DNA of 64,000 nt from Patella caerulea (lineage: Eukaryota), in the NCBI GenBank assembly GCA_036850965.1, contig JAZGQO010000011.1:61815281-61879280 (forward strand), in the 5' to 3' direction. Of the stretch, positions 45,288-59,194 are shown piece by piece. Position 1 is the first letter of the stretch. Every line of letters begins with the position of its first letter. Made by a program: the position numbers and the translations under genes. The notes under the pieces were generated by a model. The model saw only the letters and a program-made list of their open reading frames with translations, was not told where the DNA came from and made no database searches.

Positions 45288-45992
45288 ACCAATCAACTGA
45301 TGGGATTTGGGGTAAAACATCTTCCCAGCCGGGAAATCACAGCATCGACTAGCATTGCATAAGGCCTTGGATATTAAGGAAAATCCCTGAAAGTTACTGC
45401 GATAATCCTCCAGATTAGAATTACCTAGAACATTTGTGCTGGATTATTAGCCAGGAGGGCGACAATGTTTCGAATGACGATGCATGAATTACATTGAATA
45501 AATAAAAATATATGCTAGCCAGAAAAATAGCAGTGGTTTAATAGCTCAAGGTTAAAGCCATCATCTCTCTCGTAACGAAGTGTACGTCAATAATGTTCAT
45601 GTTACCAAGTTTCTTTGATGTAGAGTAAATACCCGACCGTTATATTGTTGTATATATACTTATCTCCTAGTACTTATATCATTCTTTAATACAAACAATG
45701 TCGTTAAATAAAAGGTAAATAGAAACTGAATCATCAAAGAAGTGTCATCACTCGAAGGACATCATACACGTAAATCTCGCATAGATAACAATTAAAATCA
45801 AATTAAACTCAAACACAGCATATAAAGCGGGTTTTTTGACTACCCACAAACTCAAGGCGAAATCGTATTGGGTTACGGTAAAATGGTGTCTACAGTTCGA
45901 CCTTTTTTGTACCGACGGGGCTAATGAAGACTGACACACGCGAATAAAGGTGCTATGGGGACATTTGGTGTCTGGAACATTCTGCCAGTGAT

Positions 45993-46137
45993 CAGGGGCG
46001 GATCAAGGAATCGTCTCTAAATTACATAGGCGTTGAGCTTTTTAAACAGTGATGTAATTTCATTAATGCAAGGCATTATTTTTTTATATGTAGCTGAGCA
46101 GGGGGGAGCGCCCCCCCCCCCCCTGGATCCGCCCCTG
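45993..46137. mobile_element. 145-bp hairpin MITE, TIR caggggcggatc / gatccgcccctg
   Basis: Perfect 12-bp terminal inverted repeat. A related copy at 60472-60598. Confidence 0.6.
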
Positions 46138-46589
46138 GTGATATATGTGGGATGTCGGGTTTTCGTGCCCTCCGAACGACTAGACACTTTTCGTTGCACC
46201 ACTACCTACCACCAGCTCATAAAATTGACTTTTTCGTTGCTTCGCCACCTACCACCAGGCTAGAAACAGGCTAGAAAATTCCGGAAATTTTTGAACGACT
46301 ATATGTTGTCCCTTGTCAGTCCTCTCCTCCACACAATGACATGGAAACTACGCCGACAAGCCTAAATGAACGTCCTCGTTCAATGCAGTGGTTAAACACG
46401 TTACTGCAGGCCAACAAACCACCTTCCTACTCACTGAACCACCGTGGCGTGAGGAAAAAAAGATATAACCTTGTAGACTTGACTAACCAGATGCAACCTT
46501 CCACACCCTTTGGTGTGACACTCCGGGGACCCAAAATTAAACATACTTATGCAAGAGCTAAATCTACCTTACTGCAATTCTTTATTTAG

Positions 46590-47055
46590 GCTTCAGATGT
46601 TATAGACATTATCAATCAGACCTTTATTTACACGATAAGCTCAAAATCAAATATGTAGACCCTCGGGCGGTTTTGATATAGGTTAGATCTAAAATTAAAT
46701 CAATAAATGTCTGACAAAGCTAACGTTTACCGTTAGTCGCTGACCTCACTACCAGAAACTGGCGATGAAAGGCCTGCCCAGCGGGGGTATACCATGGCCA
46801 TTGAGAATGTCACTTGATAATCGAGAATATGTGATTGGAGTTATCGTCTGTTAATCAAACGATCAGAAATTGTCGTAGACGGTGCAGACACAGTTGATGT
46901 ATATATAGCCATTTCTAATCCAAACTTCCAACAGTGACAACTGCGTTCATGATAAAGTAATTTGACTGAAATTTTCAATATTTTCTTTTTCTATCATCTA
47001 GTTTTGAAACCGTGGGTTTTCTTTTGGACTTTTCCAATCTGCTTCATCTCTTATT
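46590..47055 (-). mobile_element. TTAA-MITE family, long variant (same subtype as 36945-37482)
   Basis: ...cttcagatgttatagacattatcaatcagacctttatttacacgataagctcaaaatcaaatatgtagaccctcggg... parallels 36990-37080; ...gtaatttgactgaaattttcaatatttt.... Confidence 0.5.
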
Positions 47056-48774
47056 AAAGATCCCTGTGTACAGACATATTATTGAATCAACGACTCCATA
47101 TGTTAGTCCCGAAAACCTCAATTGTATCTTTAGTGGGTCATTTTTTTTTATAAACAATATCTTTAATGCAGTTGTCTGAATGTAATTAGGTAACAGTCCT
47201 AGCTTATGTAAAACCCCTCACTCTACGAAAAGTTTTAGTATAATTTTAGCAGGATGAAATAATTTAATAACATAACGTGCTGGGATAACTTGCAATTCAC
47301 AGTTCTTTAAATAGACCAGATTGTAATTAACATACCAGATAAAAACAGATTATATCTATCGCCTTGCTTATACATTAACTACTCTGGGTTTAATTCATCT
47401 GATGGAAAATTTGACTTTAATGTTGGAACCCTACCCGGTGTTCATTATAGCTGTTACAGGAACCCGCAGAGCAGGTAACACGCACGTGCCAATATTCTTA
47501 CCTGTTAATTATAATGAATTAAAACACGAAAAGAAAAGGCGGTAGAATTTCTTTTTGATTTTTTAAAAAGTATTTAGCTTGGTGCGAAACCTTTACGACT
47601 ACAAAGTTAGATGGGGATGAGACATTACCAATGCGATCGTTCGTTCTTACGACTTAAAGGGACAGTCCCGATTAGAACAGAGTCTCAGAAATAAAAGTCT
47701 GAGTACATATGAAATTTAAACGCCAAAATATAAAAGAATGGTGTATGGACCTTGTCTCAAAATTTCAGCTTAAAATAAATAGTCGTTTGGTCTTGAACGT
47801 CGAAACTGATTATCCGGACACGTAACCTTTTTTTAGATTTCAGGTTAATTTTTTCGTTGGTGACCTGATAATCGATTCCCGTTCCTTGAGATGTCTATAT
47901 GGTGAATGGCCCATAGTCTATATATTGAATGTGTTGTACTTGATAGGGAAAGGTATATTTCACCTACACATTATTTTTATTTCAAAGAAAGCCTGGTTTT
48001 ACGTTAACACCGCATCACACAGCTTGGAACACCGGTCTCAATTTCCAGAAAAAGACTGACGTGTTTAAGTTGTTTGAAAAGGTATCACAAATACTGAGTT
48101 AGTTGCTCGGCCCCTTGGAAGGTGATTTTTAGGGATTTTAACACATTATTTAGCAGTTATATTCTTCAAAAAATTATCGGGTGCAATTCCACCTTTGGTT
48201 CACATCATCGATAAGTGTTTCATCAGAGAAAATTGCCAAAAAATAGGCTTATTCAAAACCAGAACTATTGGTGACTAGAATCTAGATTTTAAGCTTGTCT
48301 GGAATTGTCTATATGCTCTTATAAATAATAAGAACCAAGGTAATAGTATTATTATACGCTCTTTCTTTAGAATGTAAGAGAAACAGCATTCAACTAAACA
48401 GTATTAAACAATCAAACTAGAGGCGTGTTTAAGCATCCTTTCCATGACTAAACATATAATAGCGGTCTTATAAATGAAATGACACAGTATTCGATGAACT
48501 ACTTAGATCTAGGTTTTCTCTGAGTCTACCGTAGCGATCCATTGCTAAAGACCTAGTCCCATTTCTTTTTCTCCCGACCTGGCAAGGCGTCGAATCCTTG
48601 AAAACTATGCACCATATTATAAACGTCCGAACATTAATAACATCTTCACATAATATGGTATTAACCTATTGTATATTCATCGAGAGAGAGAGAGAGAGGC
48701 AGGCAGGCAGACAGGCGGGCGGGCATATTGGATGGCTGCGATACAAGTAAATTTAAATATTTTTTGTGGTTGAT

Positions 48775-49030
48775 GCGGTTACCAAAAACATAGATAATCG
48801 AGACTTTGTATATTATCGTAACAAAGGTAGCAATGGCAGTCGATGCTAGGCTATAATTGTATCGTCGATATCTAGACTAGGGGTGAAATAATTTGACAGA
48901 AATTTTCAGCATTTTCTCTTTTCATTATCTAATGTTTAACTATTATAGCGAGAACTGTCAACTATTTATCTAATCTTGCCTAATACCTGCTGAGGTAGAG
49001 ATTAAATCTCGGTCGTTTCGTTTATTTTGA
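48775..49030 (-). mobile_element. TTAA-MITE family, partial copy
   Basis: ...aatttgacagaaattttcagcatttt...ataatcgagactttgtat... Confidence 0.45.
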
Positions 49031-50767
49031 TTCAGATGTAATATTTTTTTTTTTTTTTTTTTTGAAACTTTGCAAATCTATCGTGCGATTTTTTTATGCG
49101 ACGTCTAATCTTCCATAACCCTAAAAACTTACGATGCACCGGTAGAGTAAAGACCTGAGGCTACACGTGACACGTCGTTTTCATATATTGATATTAATTG
49201 TTTAGGTGTAATCAAAATTGTCAAAGTTGATACTTTATTGTTGTGATTTGTCAACCTATTATTGGTTTAATGTGTGAGACATTTTGTCTTAAGATGTTTT
49301 ATTTATAGGAAATGTACAAACGACTTTTTTTTTTTCTTTTTTTTTTTTTTAAAGCACCAACCATTTTAGGATGATCAAAACCGTCACGGATTTTAATTTA
49401 TTGTTGTGTTATACATGTAGCATGTTGGATGCAACGTTTTTTCTACTAAACTAATAGTGTTTATACAAAGGTTCCAGAAGCGAATATTAGATTGAAGAAC
49501 AAGGTGAATGTTGTGTCAAACCGCGACCACTACGTGTTTAAGATAACTCGTTTTACAGTTCATCAATTTCAAAGTTTCCAATAACTCATGTTGACAAATC
49601 TTGAACTGAATTACCATTTCAATATTTCAAGTAACTCTTTTTGACCAGCATTAAACCGACGGATTTTCTCAATTTCTATAAGCAACCAATTATGTTTGGT
49701 GTGTATTATGAATTTCTGGTTTTTAAGTACGCTGTTATTTACGAGTGAATAACTATCTAATATGAATGAAATTTGAATCAGCGACTATTTGGAGATAGTA
49801 AAGTAATATTTTACCGTTGGAATGTGCGACCATCGGCGCACTCTTGACGGAAATGGGAAATTTCAGGGTTTAATAATATCATGCTGCGGTCTGAACTAAT
49901 CCACTGAGTGTTCAGTTTTTGTTGATGTAGAATCTCATAACATTATTTTTAATTTGTTGTAACCACGAGGTGTTCCAAAAGGGGATTATTACTATTTTGA
50001 ATAATTGATGAAGTTGGAGGAGGATGTAAGACACACATAATGGGGTGGATTTATTTCTAAAACTAAAAACCAACCCTCCAGGCATTAATGAAGACTAATT
50101 TTTGACCGTTTTTGAGAGTTGGAAATACAATGAAATTAGTGGATTGACTTCACAAATTGTAATTCGTAATACTGAGATACCCGTATTACCGAGGAGAAGG
50201 GCTGTAGCAGAAAAAAAAAATCTTTTAAAATATGGTCGTATACGAGTTTGTAGTTAAATGGATATCATTGTACTGATATATTCGTGACCGCGAGAAATTC
50301 AGTGTGGCACCAGTTTGGCTAATCTGGCGACAACTTTGGATAATCTTGGACAACTTTGACTGGCGTGGAACAACTCGGGCTAATCCGGGACAACTTAGGA
50401 TATTTTGCAGACAGCTAAGGTAAATGCTTTACCTTATTGTTATTCATTTTATTCAACATAATTCCACGTCATATTATGATATTAACAAAAGATAAACTTA
50501 AAGAAAATTGTTGTATACAACGTATTAAAGGACAAAGTTGCTGTCAGCTATTATCACATTTCAAATATAATTTTAACACAGACAGGGATCATTACTACGG
50601 TAGATGCGGGAGAGAGGGAGAGGGTGGTTAGCACGTGTGTGCTGTATCATGAGGCCTGTCATTGAATCAACTGGCGTTGTTTCGAATCACCGGTTGCACG
50701 TGACAAGGAGTAGGGTCGCGATGGTACATACATGATCGAAATTCACTTCACTGATAATTCCGTCAAG

Positions 50768-50770
<3 letters not shown>

Positions 50771-50813
<43 letters not shown>

Positions 50814-51060
50814 AGTTTAACGTCCACTCCATTCAAAACAAACTAGCTCATTTCGGGACTAATACATGGTTCAATTTTATTTCAATAATTCGCTTGTGCG
50901 TAGGGGTCTTTGGCGTAGGTGTAAACCCGAGCACCAGGAGAAAACCCACGAGGTTGTAAGGCGACACTACTCTTTGCCACGTGCAACCAGGAAATCCTTT
51001 ACATGCATGTCAATGCACGGTACCTTGATGTTTTGTCCCACCCCAAGGCCCTACGTCCTG
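50771..51060 (-). mobile_element. SINE-A (reverse orientation) with (GA)20
   Basis: (GA)n ttgagtttaacgtccactccattcaaaacaaactagctcatttcgggactaatacatggttcaattttatttcaataattcgcttgtgcgtaggggtctttgg... Confidence 0.7.
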
Positions 51061-51994
51061 TACCACTGACAAAGGGAAGCCACGCCCATTCACGGGACCC
51101 TCAGGTTATCGATCCAACGTTTAACTCAATAAACCTTCTCGGCTGCGAAACTAATATAGAATAATGATATTGTTTTATACAAGATTATATTCAATATTTT
51201 ATGAATTTTATTACAAACATTATTTAATTATTGTAGGTTCAAGTTACCATATTAAATTCTATTTCAATATTAAAATGACCAAATTTGTGCTTTTCCTTTC
51301 ATTAATCAGAATTTTATTGGTTTTGTTCCGTTGACATGTCGCCATTATTCTCAAGCATTCTGGATATAATTGATTAAAGATACATTCTCGCGAAAGTATT
51401 TATAGGGTAGTTATTTCCAATAATAGAGTGACATATTTGGTATGGAAAGTAACCTACAGAACAAAAATGTAACAGATATAACAAATGAATCGTTCCAATG
51501 ACGTAAGGTGCGTTTCATATGTGTTCATCTAATGGCTGACAGGCTAACGGTAGTGAGAGCATTGGGATACTTAATATTTGTCGAAATTATTTGTAAAAGT
51601 GATGTAGGAGTGCATGTAAAAGAAACCATTGACATTTGGAATACGAGAGAGACGTAAAATGAAATGGGGTTTAACGTCCTACTCTTCTGCACCAAACCAG
51701 AATATGAGAGAGAGAAAGAGAGAGGGGCACATAATATGGTATTAACCTATCGAGAAAGAGAGGGAGAGAAAGAGAGAGAGAGAGAGATATAGATAGAGAG
51801 AGGGGTAACAAATGAAGCGTTCGAGCGACGTAAGGTGCGCTTTGTATGTGTTGATCTTATGGCTAACGGGCTTACGATTGTGGAAACATTGCGCGAAAAT
51901 ATTCATAAGAATTATTTCAGAGTTGTAGGATTAAGTTGGTGTGTGTGTGTGTGTGTGGGGGGCTGACAAGGAAAGGGCGTATATTCTTCGGATG

Positions 51995-52190
51995 GTATGG
52001 AGAACCCGAGGTCCACGTGTAGAGAGAGAAATGAGGTTTAAGGCTCACTGGAGACAAACTAGGTTATTTCGGGACTAACACATGACAGCCGACCTTCTCC
52101 CTGTCACGTACAAGCTGGGAATGGAAACGACGCCACTAATACGGACCTTTTGATTTAACAATCGCGCGTTGACCATTCGTCCCCTTCCCC
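51995..52190 (-). mobile_element. SINE-A fragment (reverse orientation), preceded by (GA)/(GT) microsatellites at 51700-51960
   Basis: ...ggtttaaggctcactggagacaaactaggttatttcgggactaacacatgacagccgacc... Confidence 0.55.
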
Positions 52191-52720
52191 CCGAAATATG
52201 AAGAAGAATAGGCGGAACATATATGTATTCACATTCATTTATTCATATGATTCAGACTACGCCTGTTCACCAACCCCTTTCTTTATAGAACAAATTAATT
52301 GTTTAAAAAACGACTCATCTTTTTTACAAATAAACGTCTGTATCGTTATATAAAAGGTAAAATTAGAATCAAAAACACGTCACAAATAATCTCCTAGATT
52401 GTCCCATATTATGGTCAACAATTGTGTCTAAATGCAGACCTAAACGCAATTATCGTGGCTTTAGAAATGCTTGTAATGATAATCGAGTCTATTGTTTCGA
52501 TTATCCTGTCCTAAAAGTCTGATTTATTGTTGTTGTCTTTGACTTGAGGCTCAGATTAAATAGATTAAACGTTGACGTATTTTTTCTATACGTAAATTGT
52601 CGTGTTAATTTCTAATGTATCAATGACAAATCTGTAACATCAGCATTTTCTAATCGTGTCTCTGATGTCAGATAAAATTGAAATTGGTCGACTCGATATG
52701 CATAAGGTCAAACATATAAA

Positions 52721-52960
52721 GAGAGAGAGAGAGAGAGAGAGAGATGGGGTCATTTTGGGACTAACAAATGGGTAATTTTAGTTTAATAATTGACTTGCGC
52801 GTAGGGGTCTTTAGGATGGAAACCGGAGTACCCGGGGAAAACCCACGAGGTTGGACAGGCGACCCTACTCCTTGCCACGTACAACCGGAGATTCGAAACC
52901 ACGCCAACTAAATCAATGGCAGGCCGAATGGTTAGCGTGCGTGGTTTAAAAAGGGGAGCC
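52721..52960 (-). mobile_element. SINE-A head type 1 (reverse orientation) with (GA)12
   Basis: ...ggacaggcgaccctactccttgccacgtacaaccggagattcgaaaccacgccaactaaatcaatggcaggccgaatggttagcgtgcgtgg. Confidence 0.7.
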
Positions 52961-53081
52961 GTAAGGGGTGGAGGGTGAGATAGATACAAGACCATAAACA
53001 CGTCCAATAAACCATTTGTAACCCCGAAGAGACAACACCATCCGTTTTCATCAGAATCAATAATCAATAAAATGTTCAATA

Positions 53082-53095
<14 letters not shown>

Positions 53096-53132
<37 letters not shown>

Positions 53133-53370
53133 GGGGTTTAACGTCCACTCGACACAAACCAGGTCATTTCGGGACTAACATATGGTTTATTTCTATTTCA
53201 ATAATTCGCTTGTGCGTTGGGGTCTTTAGCAGTGGGAGGAAACCGGAGTACCCGTAGGAAACCCACGAGGCGCCCCTATCTCCATGCCACATACGCCCAC
53301 ACCAGGGATCGAAACCACAGTCGCCAGCTAGAAGTGACCGGCGCGGCACTCTAGACCACTAGGCCACCCC
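53096..53370 (-). mobile_element. SINE-A head type 2 (reverse orientation) with (GA)17
   Basis: ...gatcgaaaccacagtcgccagctagaagtgaccggcgcggcactctagaccactaggccacccc. Confidence 0.8.
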
Positions 53371-53714
53371 CCACCCACACACCCACACCCATCCCTGTTA
53401 GGGGTGGGGTGGTCATGTGGTCTAACGCTTACGTTTTAGATCGTAAGGCATGTAACTGAGTTAGGTCGGGGAGCATGTAATGTCTCATGTGATTTCACCG
53501 TGTCTACCGTTTCATCAATCGTTTATAGAGCAATCGAATTCATTGAAATAAAATTGAACTATATTTTAGTCAGTGTTGATAGATGGAGGGCCGGGCAGAA
53601 CCAACATTTTCCGATAGTACGAAAAATCGGCGTCCTGTGTATTCTTAAAAGCACCTGGCATATAAAATTGGACGAAGAGGGAAGATTTTCAATCATAACA
53701 CATTGCATACGCGC

Positions 53715-53925
53715 TATATCATAAGGTCTGTCATTTAGTCAACTGGCGTGGTTTTTATTCCCCGGTTGTATGTGACAAGGAGTAGGGTCGCCTGTCCCAC
53801 CTCAGGGTACTCTGGTTTCCTCTCACTGCTAAATAACCCTACGCACAAGCGAATTATTGAAATAGAATTTAACCATGTGTTAGTCCCGAAATGACCTATA
53901 GTTTGTCTCGAATGGATGTTAAACT
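53715..53925 (+). mobile_element. SINE-A head type 1
   Basis: gtcaactggcgtggtttttattccccggttgtatgtgacaaggagtagggtcgcctgtcc...gaattattgaaatagaatttaaccatgtgttagtcccgaaatgacc. Confidence 0.7.
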
Positions 53926-54199
53926 CAATCTACGTAGAATGGCACAGACGTTAAACATATTTCATTTCATTTTTGCATGACCACTCTCAATTTCAAGTCT
54001 GATGTCAATGGGCTTTAATATTGTAGATTTTAAGACTTGCAAGACTTAGTCTGTTTTTTTTTTATTGTACCTAGTTTAATGTGTCGATAACTACCAGATT
54101 TAGTATTGGAGATCTTGCACGATTATGTCTGATTTTTTTTTTATTGTGCGTAGTTTATACTGCCGATAATAACAATGTTTCCTTATAAAGTCTGTTTAA

Positions 54200-54555
54200 A
54201 GATACATTATGGGAGATAAGATAACGAGCTGGCAGTTCTCACTATAATAGTGATCTAGATAGTGGAAAGCTAATCTGCTGAAAATTTCAGTCAAATTGAT
54301 CCACTATGATCCGAGAACGAAGCGGGTGAAATTTTCCTCTAGCCTCGGTCATCATTACTAAAATCAAAAATATAAACAGCATAGTCTCGATTATCCACTT
54401 CTTTAATTTAATTATCAATGGCCGTTAAGCGGCATAGAGGAATCTAATCCAGCCAACATCGAAGTTACTTAATGTCTAATTGATAATTTAGATAACACTT
54501 CAGGCCTAAAGAAAGACTTGTATTAGGCAGATTTTGCTCTTATCTTGCATATTGC
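54200..54555 (+). mobile_element. TTAA-MITE family copy
   Basis: tttaa|agatacattatgggagataagataacgagctggcagttctcactataatag... Confidence 0.65.
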
Positions 54556-55291
54556 AGGTTTAATTTATTTTCCAAAGCGGAGTTGGTATAGTTTGTAGAT
54601 TAACAGGCGATAGTTTAAATGGATTGGGATTACACGAGGCCATCACAATAAGAGATTAGTGTGCTAAATTTTAACCATCTTTAAATGTCTGGGATTTAAT
54701 CTTTCAATTGAAATAGCTGAACTTTGGGAGCTTTGTCGGCGTACGTCTGTCCATGCACGCACGGTGGGGACTGGAGAATTGCTCGTAATTTTATATTGTT
54801 GGAGGTTAGACGGGGGGGGGGGGGCAAGAGGGGGGCACCTTGGTCGTTGGCTTCGTATTACGTCCAGTGGAAAGGACACCAAAGGCATCCATTGGGGCAC
54901 CGATCCCCCCCCCCGCCCCCGGGCAAAGGCAGCGTCGAGTTCGCCGAGTTAATTCGGGTGCACCTAGTTTTTTTTTCCATGAGAGACGTTTATCTTGAAT
55001 TTTGACTCACCATTAACCCCCCCCCCCCCACCCCACTTAGTGTACCATCATTAATAAATTGTGTTAATCTGTTGTTTTCAACTGATTTGGCCAAATTTAG
55101 AAGGTTAGTTTTCCCCAGGTGGTATATGTCAACCAGTAAAGGCATTATCCCCCAGTTCTGAAAGACTCTCTACACATTTTATTTTTCTACGTAAATTGAA
55201 AGTAAGTTTTGAACATTTTATGTTTGGTTATTTTTCTGTGTTCAAGGCCGTGTTTAATAGTGTAATTGGTGACGTTAAATGAAATGAAATG

Positions 55292-55680
55292 GGGTTTAAC
55301 GTCCTACTCTTTTGCACTTAACCTAGGCTAATGGAAGACGAGCATATGCCATACAGTGTGCTATGGGGGAAATTTTGCCCGGGCAGCGGCGCTATGGCCT
55401 ACTGTTATATCGAATTCCAACTGCCAAGGGATCTTTTACGTGCACTCCAATGTGTACACGTGACCTCGGTTTTTCGCTCCATCTGAACGACTAGGCAGCT
55501 GTCCTTGTTGGTGACGTTAAACACCATTTCATTTCAAACACCATTTCAATTCCCGATCGTTCCTGGTGTTGGCCGAGAAAGATCACCGTGATTTTCCGAC
55601 GTGATTTACCCTTGTCGGTGGTGCACGATGGTCTTACAAGGATAGATGTCTAGTCGTTCAGATGGGACAAATAAATAGGT
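55292..55680. mobile_element. SINE-B (reverse, 55292-55505) plus inverted SINE-B fragment (forward, 55560-55680)
   Basis: gaaatgaaatggggtttaacgtcctactcttttgcacttaacctaggctaatggaagacgag..., then gttggccgagaaagatcaccgtgattttccgacgtgatttaccc... Confidence 0.6.
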
Positions 55681-55814
55681 ACCGTGTACAAATCGGTTTG
55701 ATCATTACACGAAGTAGCGCGATTTTGACGTGTACGTGACATTGACTAGGAATGCTTGTTTAACGTCACAGGTTTCCCCACGTTCATCCATTTCTACGCA
55801 TGTGTTAAAATAAA

Positions 55815-55852
<38 letters not shown>
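55815..55852. repeat. (CT)n microsatellite
   Basis: Direct read. Confidence 0.9.
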
Positions 55853-56124
55853 ATGGGCAAATTCTGAAACGTATTTAGTTAATTATTCTTGAGATAAGCA
55901 GAAATTCATTAAGATAATGTGAGTGGGGCGTGGTTATTGAGCAAATTAATCGTTTGTCTCCTAGGCATTAGATGAAATCAACGATGGTGACATTATTAAT
56001 ATTAAAACAAGGAAGTATCTGGGCACAGGGCACAATTAATTCCTACGCCGGTTATACAATCTGATTAAATTACAGATCCTATTTCGTTTATAGTTCAAAA
56101 TTTCCCTCTACTTGTTTTTAATAC

Positions 56125-56345
56125 ACTAGGATCTGGAACAGTTGTTATATAACCCGCGTTCTGGATGATGTGAGGAGCTACCCAAATAAAACGGTCTATT
56201 ACGGTTAGTTTTTTGCGTGACTTGACGGAACTGTGGCTTAATCAAATGTCTGACGTCAAATGTCTGGCGTAAAAGGGTCAAAAACCGCTCGTATGACCTC
56301 TGACGCGACCTCCCGCTACAACTGGTCAGATCTTCATGTAGTAGA
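56125..56345 (-). repeat. Repeat family C copy (reverse orientation)
   Basis: ...ggtcagatcttc / ...tgacgtcaaatgtctg... homologous to 2640-2880. Confidence 0.5.
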
Positions 56346-57194
56346 TGCAATCGAAAGTATAAAAAATATAAATCTGCAGTTTAATCAGATAGCTGGTTAT
56401 GAATCTAGCGCAAAAGTTAAATATACTATTTCTCCCCCCACCCCCAACCTTCTTGACTATTGCCTTGTGATTTTTGTTGACGATTTGTTGCAGAATCGAA
56501 GGTTTGAATATGCATTTTCTGTCAGGTTTTTGGTGAATATTCACACTTTTGGAGCGGTTGGATAACAGTGTTATGAGGGTGGTTCATGTCAAATTAATTG
56601 TAGGACGTATAGTTACATGTTTATACTTTGTGTATTTAAAGATTTTAATATTGGTGAACCTCGTACATCCTGGGGGTCGCCATGTTCCTTAAGCAACATC
56701 TAACCGTTGCTTCAATACTTAGCAATTCCCGAATTTTTGCGCCCGTTGCGTAGACACGTGACTAATTAGCTTGTCCAATCCGAGGTCGTGGCACATAACA
56801 CACTGTAAACAAACAAGTATACAGCCGTTGAGAGTTATTTTTTTTTAAATTAAGAAACTCACGGAAAACCAGTAACCTTGACATTGATCGATCTTTTAAC
56901 TTTGCAACTCGATTGTCACATGTAAACATTTTAGCTAGAAGCGCGAGTCTTGATATTCACGACGACCGATGAATCTGATATATAGGTTCCCAAACTGGGC
57001 TTGTTACCCAATCGAACTTAGTGGCGAAATATGCAGGGTATTACATGAAGGGCTTGATAAGATGTACGTAGTTAAGGCGAGATCAAGCCTTCTATTGAAG
57101 ATGGGGGGGGGGGGGGGTGAGTGGTTTCGTGATTTGATTTGAAAGTAAGAGTAAAAACGGACACGATGGAATATAAATCAGTTTATATATCATG

Positions 57195-57395
57195 TTAAAA
57201 TATTATTTGCGTTGCGACCTATTTGTGTCAATTTCTACTTCCCAAATATTACCGATATTACCGATTCGGTTCTTTTAATAGTAATTCACATTACATTATT
57301 ATTTGCGTTGCGACCCATTTGTGTCAATTTCTACTTCCCAAATATTATTGATTCGGTTCTTTTAATATTAATTCATACCGTTTCTTACTGAGGTT
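57195..57395. repeat. about 105-bp tandem duplication (attatttgcgttgcgacc.atttgtgtcaatttctacttcccaaatatta...)
   Basis: Two near-identical adjacent units. Confidence 0.6.
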
Positions 57396-57599
57396 CAATA
57401 TCCTTTTTTCAGCACCAACCGGGCTAATAAATACAGTGATTATTCCTACAATTCATCGATATGGGACAAAACGAAACACACGGTCCTGAGTAAACGTTAA
57501 TCTTATTAAAATGCAGGTCTATATACAAGTTATAGTGACCCTATGACGTCAGACATTGAGTCAATTAGTACTGACAGTTCCTTGCATCAAAATGCAGTA

Positions 57600-57800
57600 A
57601 AGAGAGAGAGAGAAATGGGGTTTAACGTCCGCTCGACACAAACTAGGTCATTTTGGGATTAACATATGGTTTAATTTTATTTCAATAATTCGCTTGCGCG
57701 TAGCGGTCTTTAGCAGTGGGAGGGAAGCGACCGGAGTTCCCGGAGAAAATCCACGAGGCTGGACAGGTGACCAAACTCCTTGCAACGTACAACCAGGGAT
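57600..57800 (-). mobile_element. SINE-A (reverse orientation) with short (GA)n
   Basis: gagagagagagaaatggggtttaacgtccgctcgacacaaactaggtcattttgggattaacatatggtttaattttatttcaataattcgcttgcgcgtagcggtctttagcagtgggagg... Confidence 0.7.
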
Positions 57801-58699
57801 TCGAAACCACCAAAATGCAAGTAAAACGAAATTTTGAACTATAAAAACGAAACGAAATAGTATTTTTGTTTTAATCAGTTTGGTGTACAAGACGTGAACG
57901 CCAAATAACTAAAGAATAAATCAAGTTATTTTACTCAGCCGAATTTTGTCTGGAGTCTTGCAAGAGTTTTCCGTTTACTTTTATAAATTTTGTAATCGGA
58001 AGTGCCGACAAAAAAACCACAGTGTAATAAATCAAGTATTCTATACCGCCATGTTTCTACAAGTGTACAAGATGTTGATAATGAGTAAAACATATGTTAA
58101 TATCAAGTTGAAATAACTTAAAGGCGCTAAATCGCTAATATTTGGGACCTTGAAATTTACCCAAATGGGTAGCAACGCTTAAAATAATCTTACATGAATG
58201 TATATAAACTGATTTACATTCAATCATTTCCGTTTTTACTCTAATCTCAAATCAGTTATGTTCGACGAAATAGGCCGGAAGTCTCAGTAGCATGCCAATC
58301 TCTAGTGTGTGGTTATTCCAGTCTACATTATTGCGTATGATTCCATGTCACCGTCTAGCCTCGTTCTTCAAGTCCCTTGGCTAAAAATGGGCCTTATTCG
58401 GAGTATGGTACACGATTCGTGTACCAATAATAGTTTTTGTATTTTGTCTTAAATATTGGATATCAAAAGCTGATATTTCCCGTTAAGATCACAACATTAA
58501 TGTTGAATTAAATTGACAAATAATTTGTGTTTTCATTGTGGAAGATTTTGGATGATATTGAGTTAGAGACTTAGCTACTTTAACTAACTTCTTCTACTCC
58601 GACTGTGTCATTAGTTTTACATAGAAAACAGACATCTAGGCCGTGTTTACTTTAATAACGGAACACCTTCTTAATGGTATTAATTCTTTAGAGTAAGCC

Positions 58700-58850
58700 C
58701 TAACTGGCTACGGAGAGAGAGGAGAGAGGCACCCGCGGAGGTAATCTACGGGGTTTGACAGGCGACATACGCATTTCGGAGTACAAGCAAGGACTCGAAA
58801 CCGCGCCAAACTTTGTCGTCATAAATGATCTGACTCAATGCGCGTTAACA
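58700..58850 (-). mobile_element. SINE-A head fragment
   Basis: ...ggtttgacaggcgacatacgcatttcggagtacaagcaaggactcgaaaccgcgccaaac... Confidence 0.5.
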
Positions 58851-59194
58851 ACCCCCCCCCCCTCCCCACACGACCTCCAGGCTAGGAACACTGCTGAATA
58901 ACAGTTTACCGGAGTTTTATTAGCTTATACCGAACACTGCCTGGTAAACCGATTCCTGTCGCACCACGTGTGAAGTAATTGAACCGGTTTTAACCAGTCG
59001 TTAAATAGGCGAACTTGTGACAGTTTTATTTCCAACGTTAATGGCGCAGGGTTAACTGCACTGCATCTTCAATTCTAAATTACTAATTGTTTCCTGTTTT
59101 GAACGGCTGGGGCCTGCCTCCTTTTTGAATGTGTTTAAATAGAGGGAGAATTTCTCGAGGTAACCAGGTTTACTGTCTGTATATGTTTCTCACA

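Noticed and set aside
46341-46589. 82-aa ORF METTPTSLNERPRSMQWLNTLLQANKPPSYSLNHRGVRKKRYNLVDL...
   Set aside because: It has no recognisable domain and sits between a SINE-B fragment and a MITE. There is insufficient evidence to call it.
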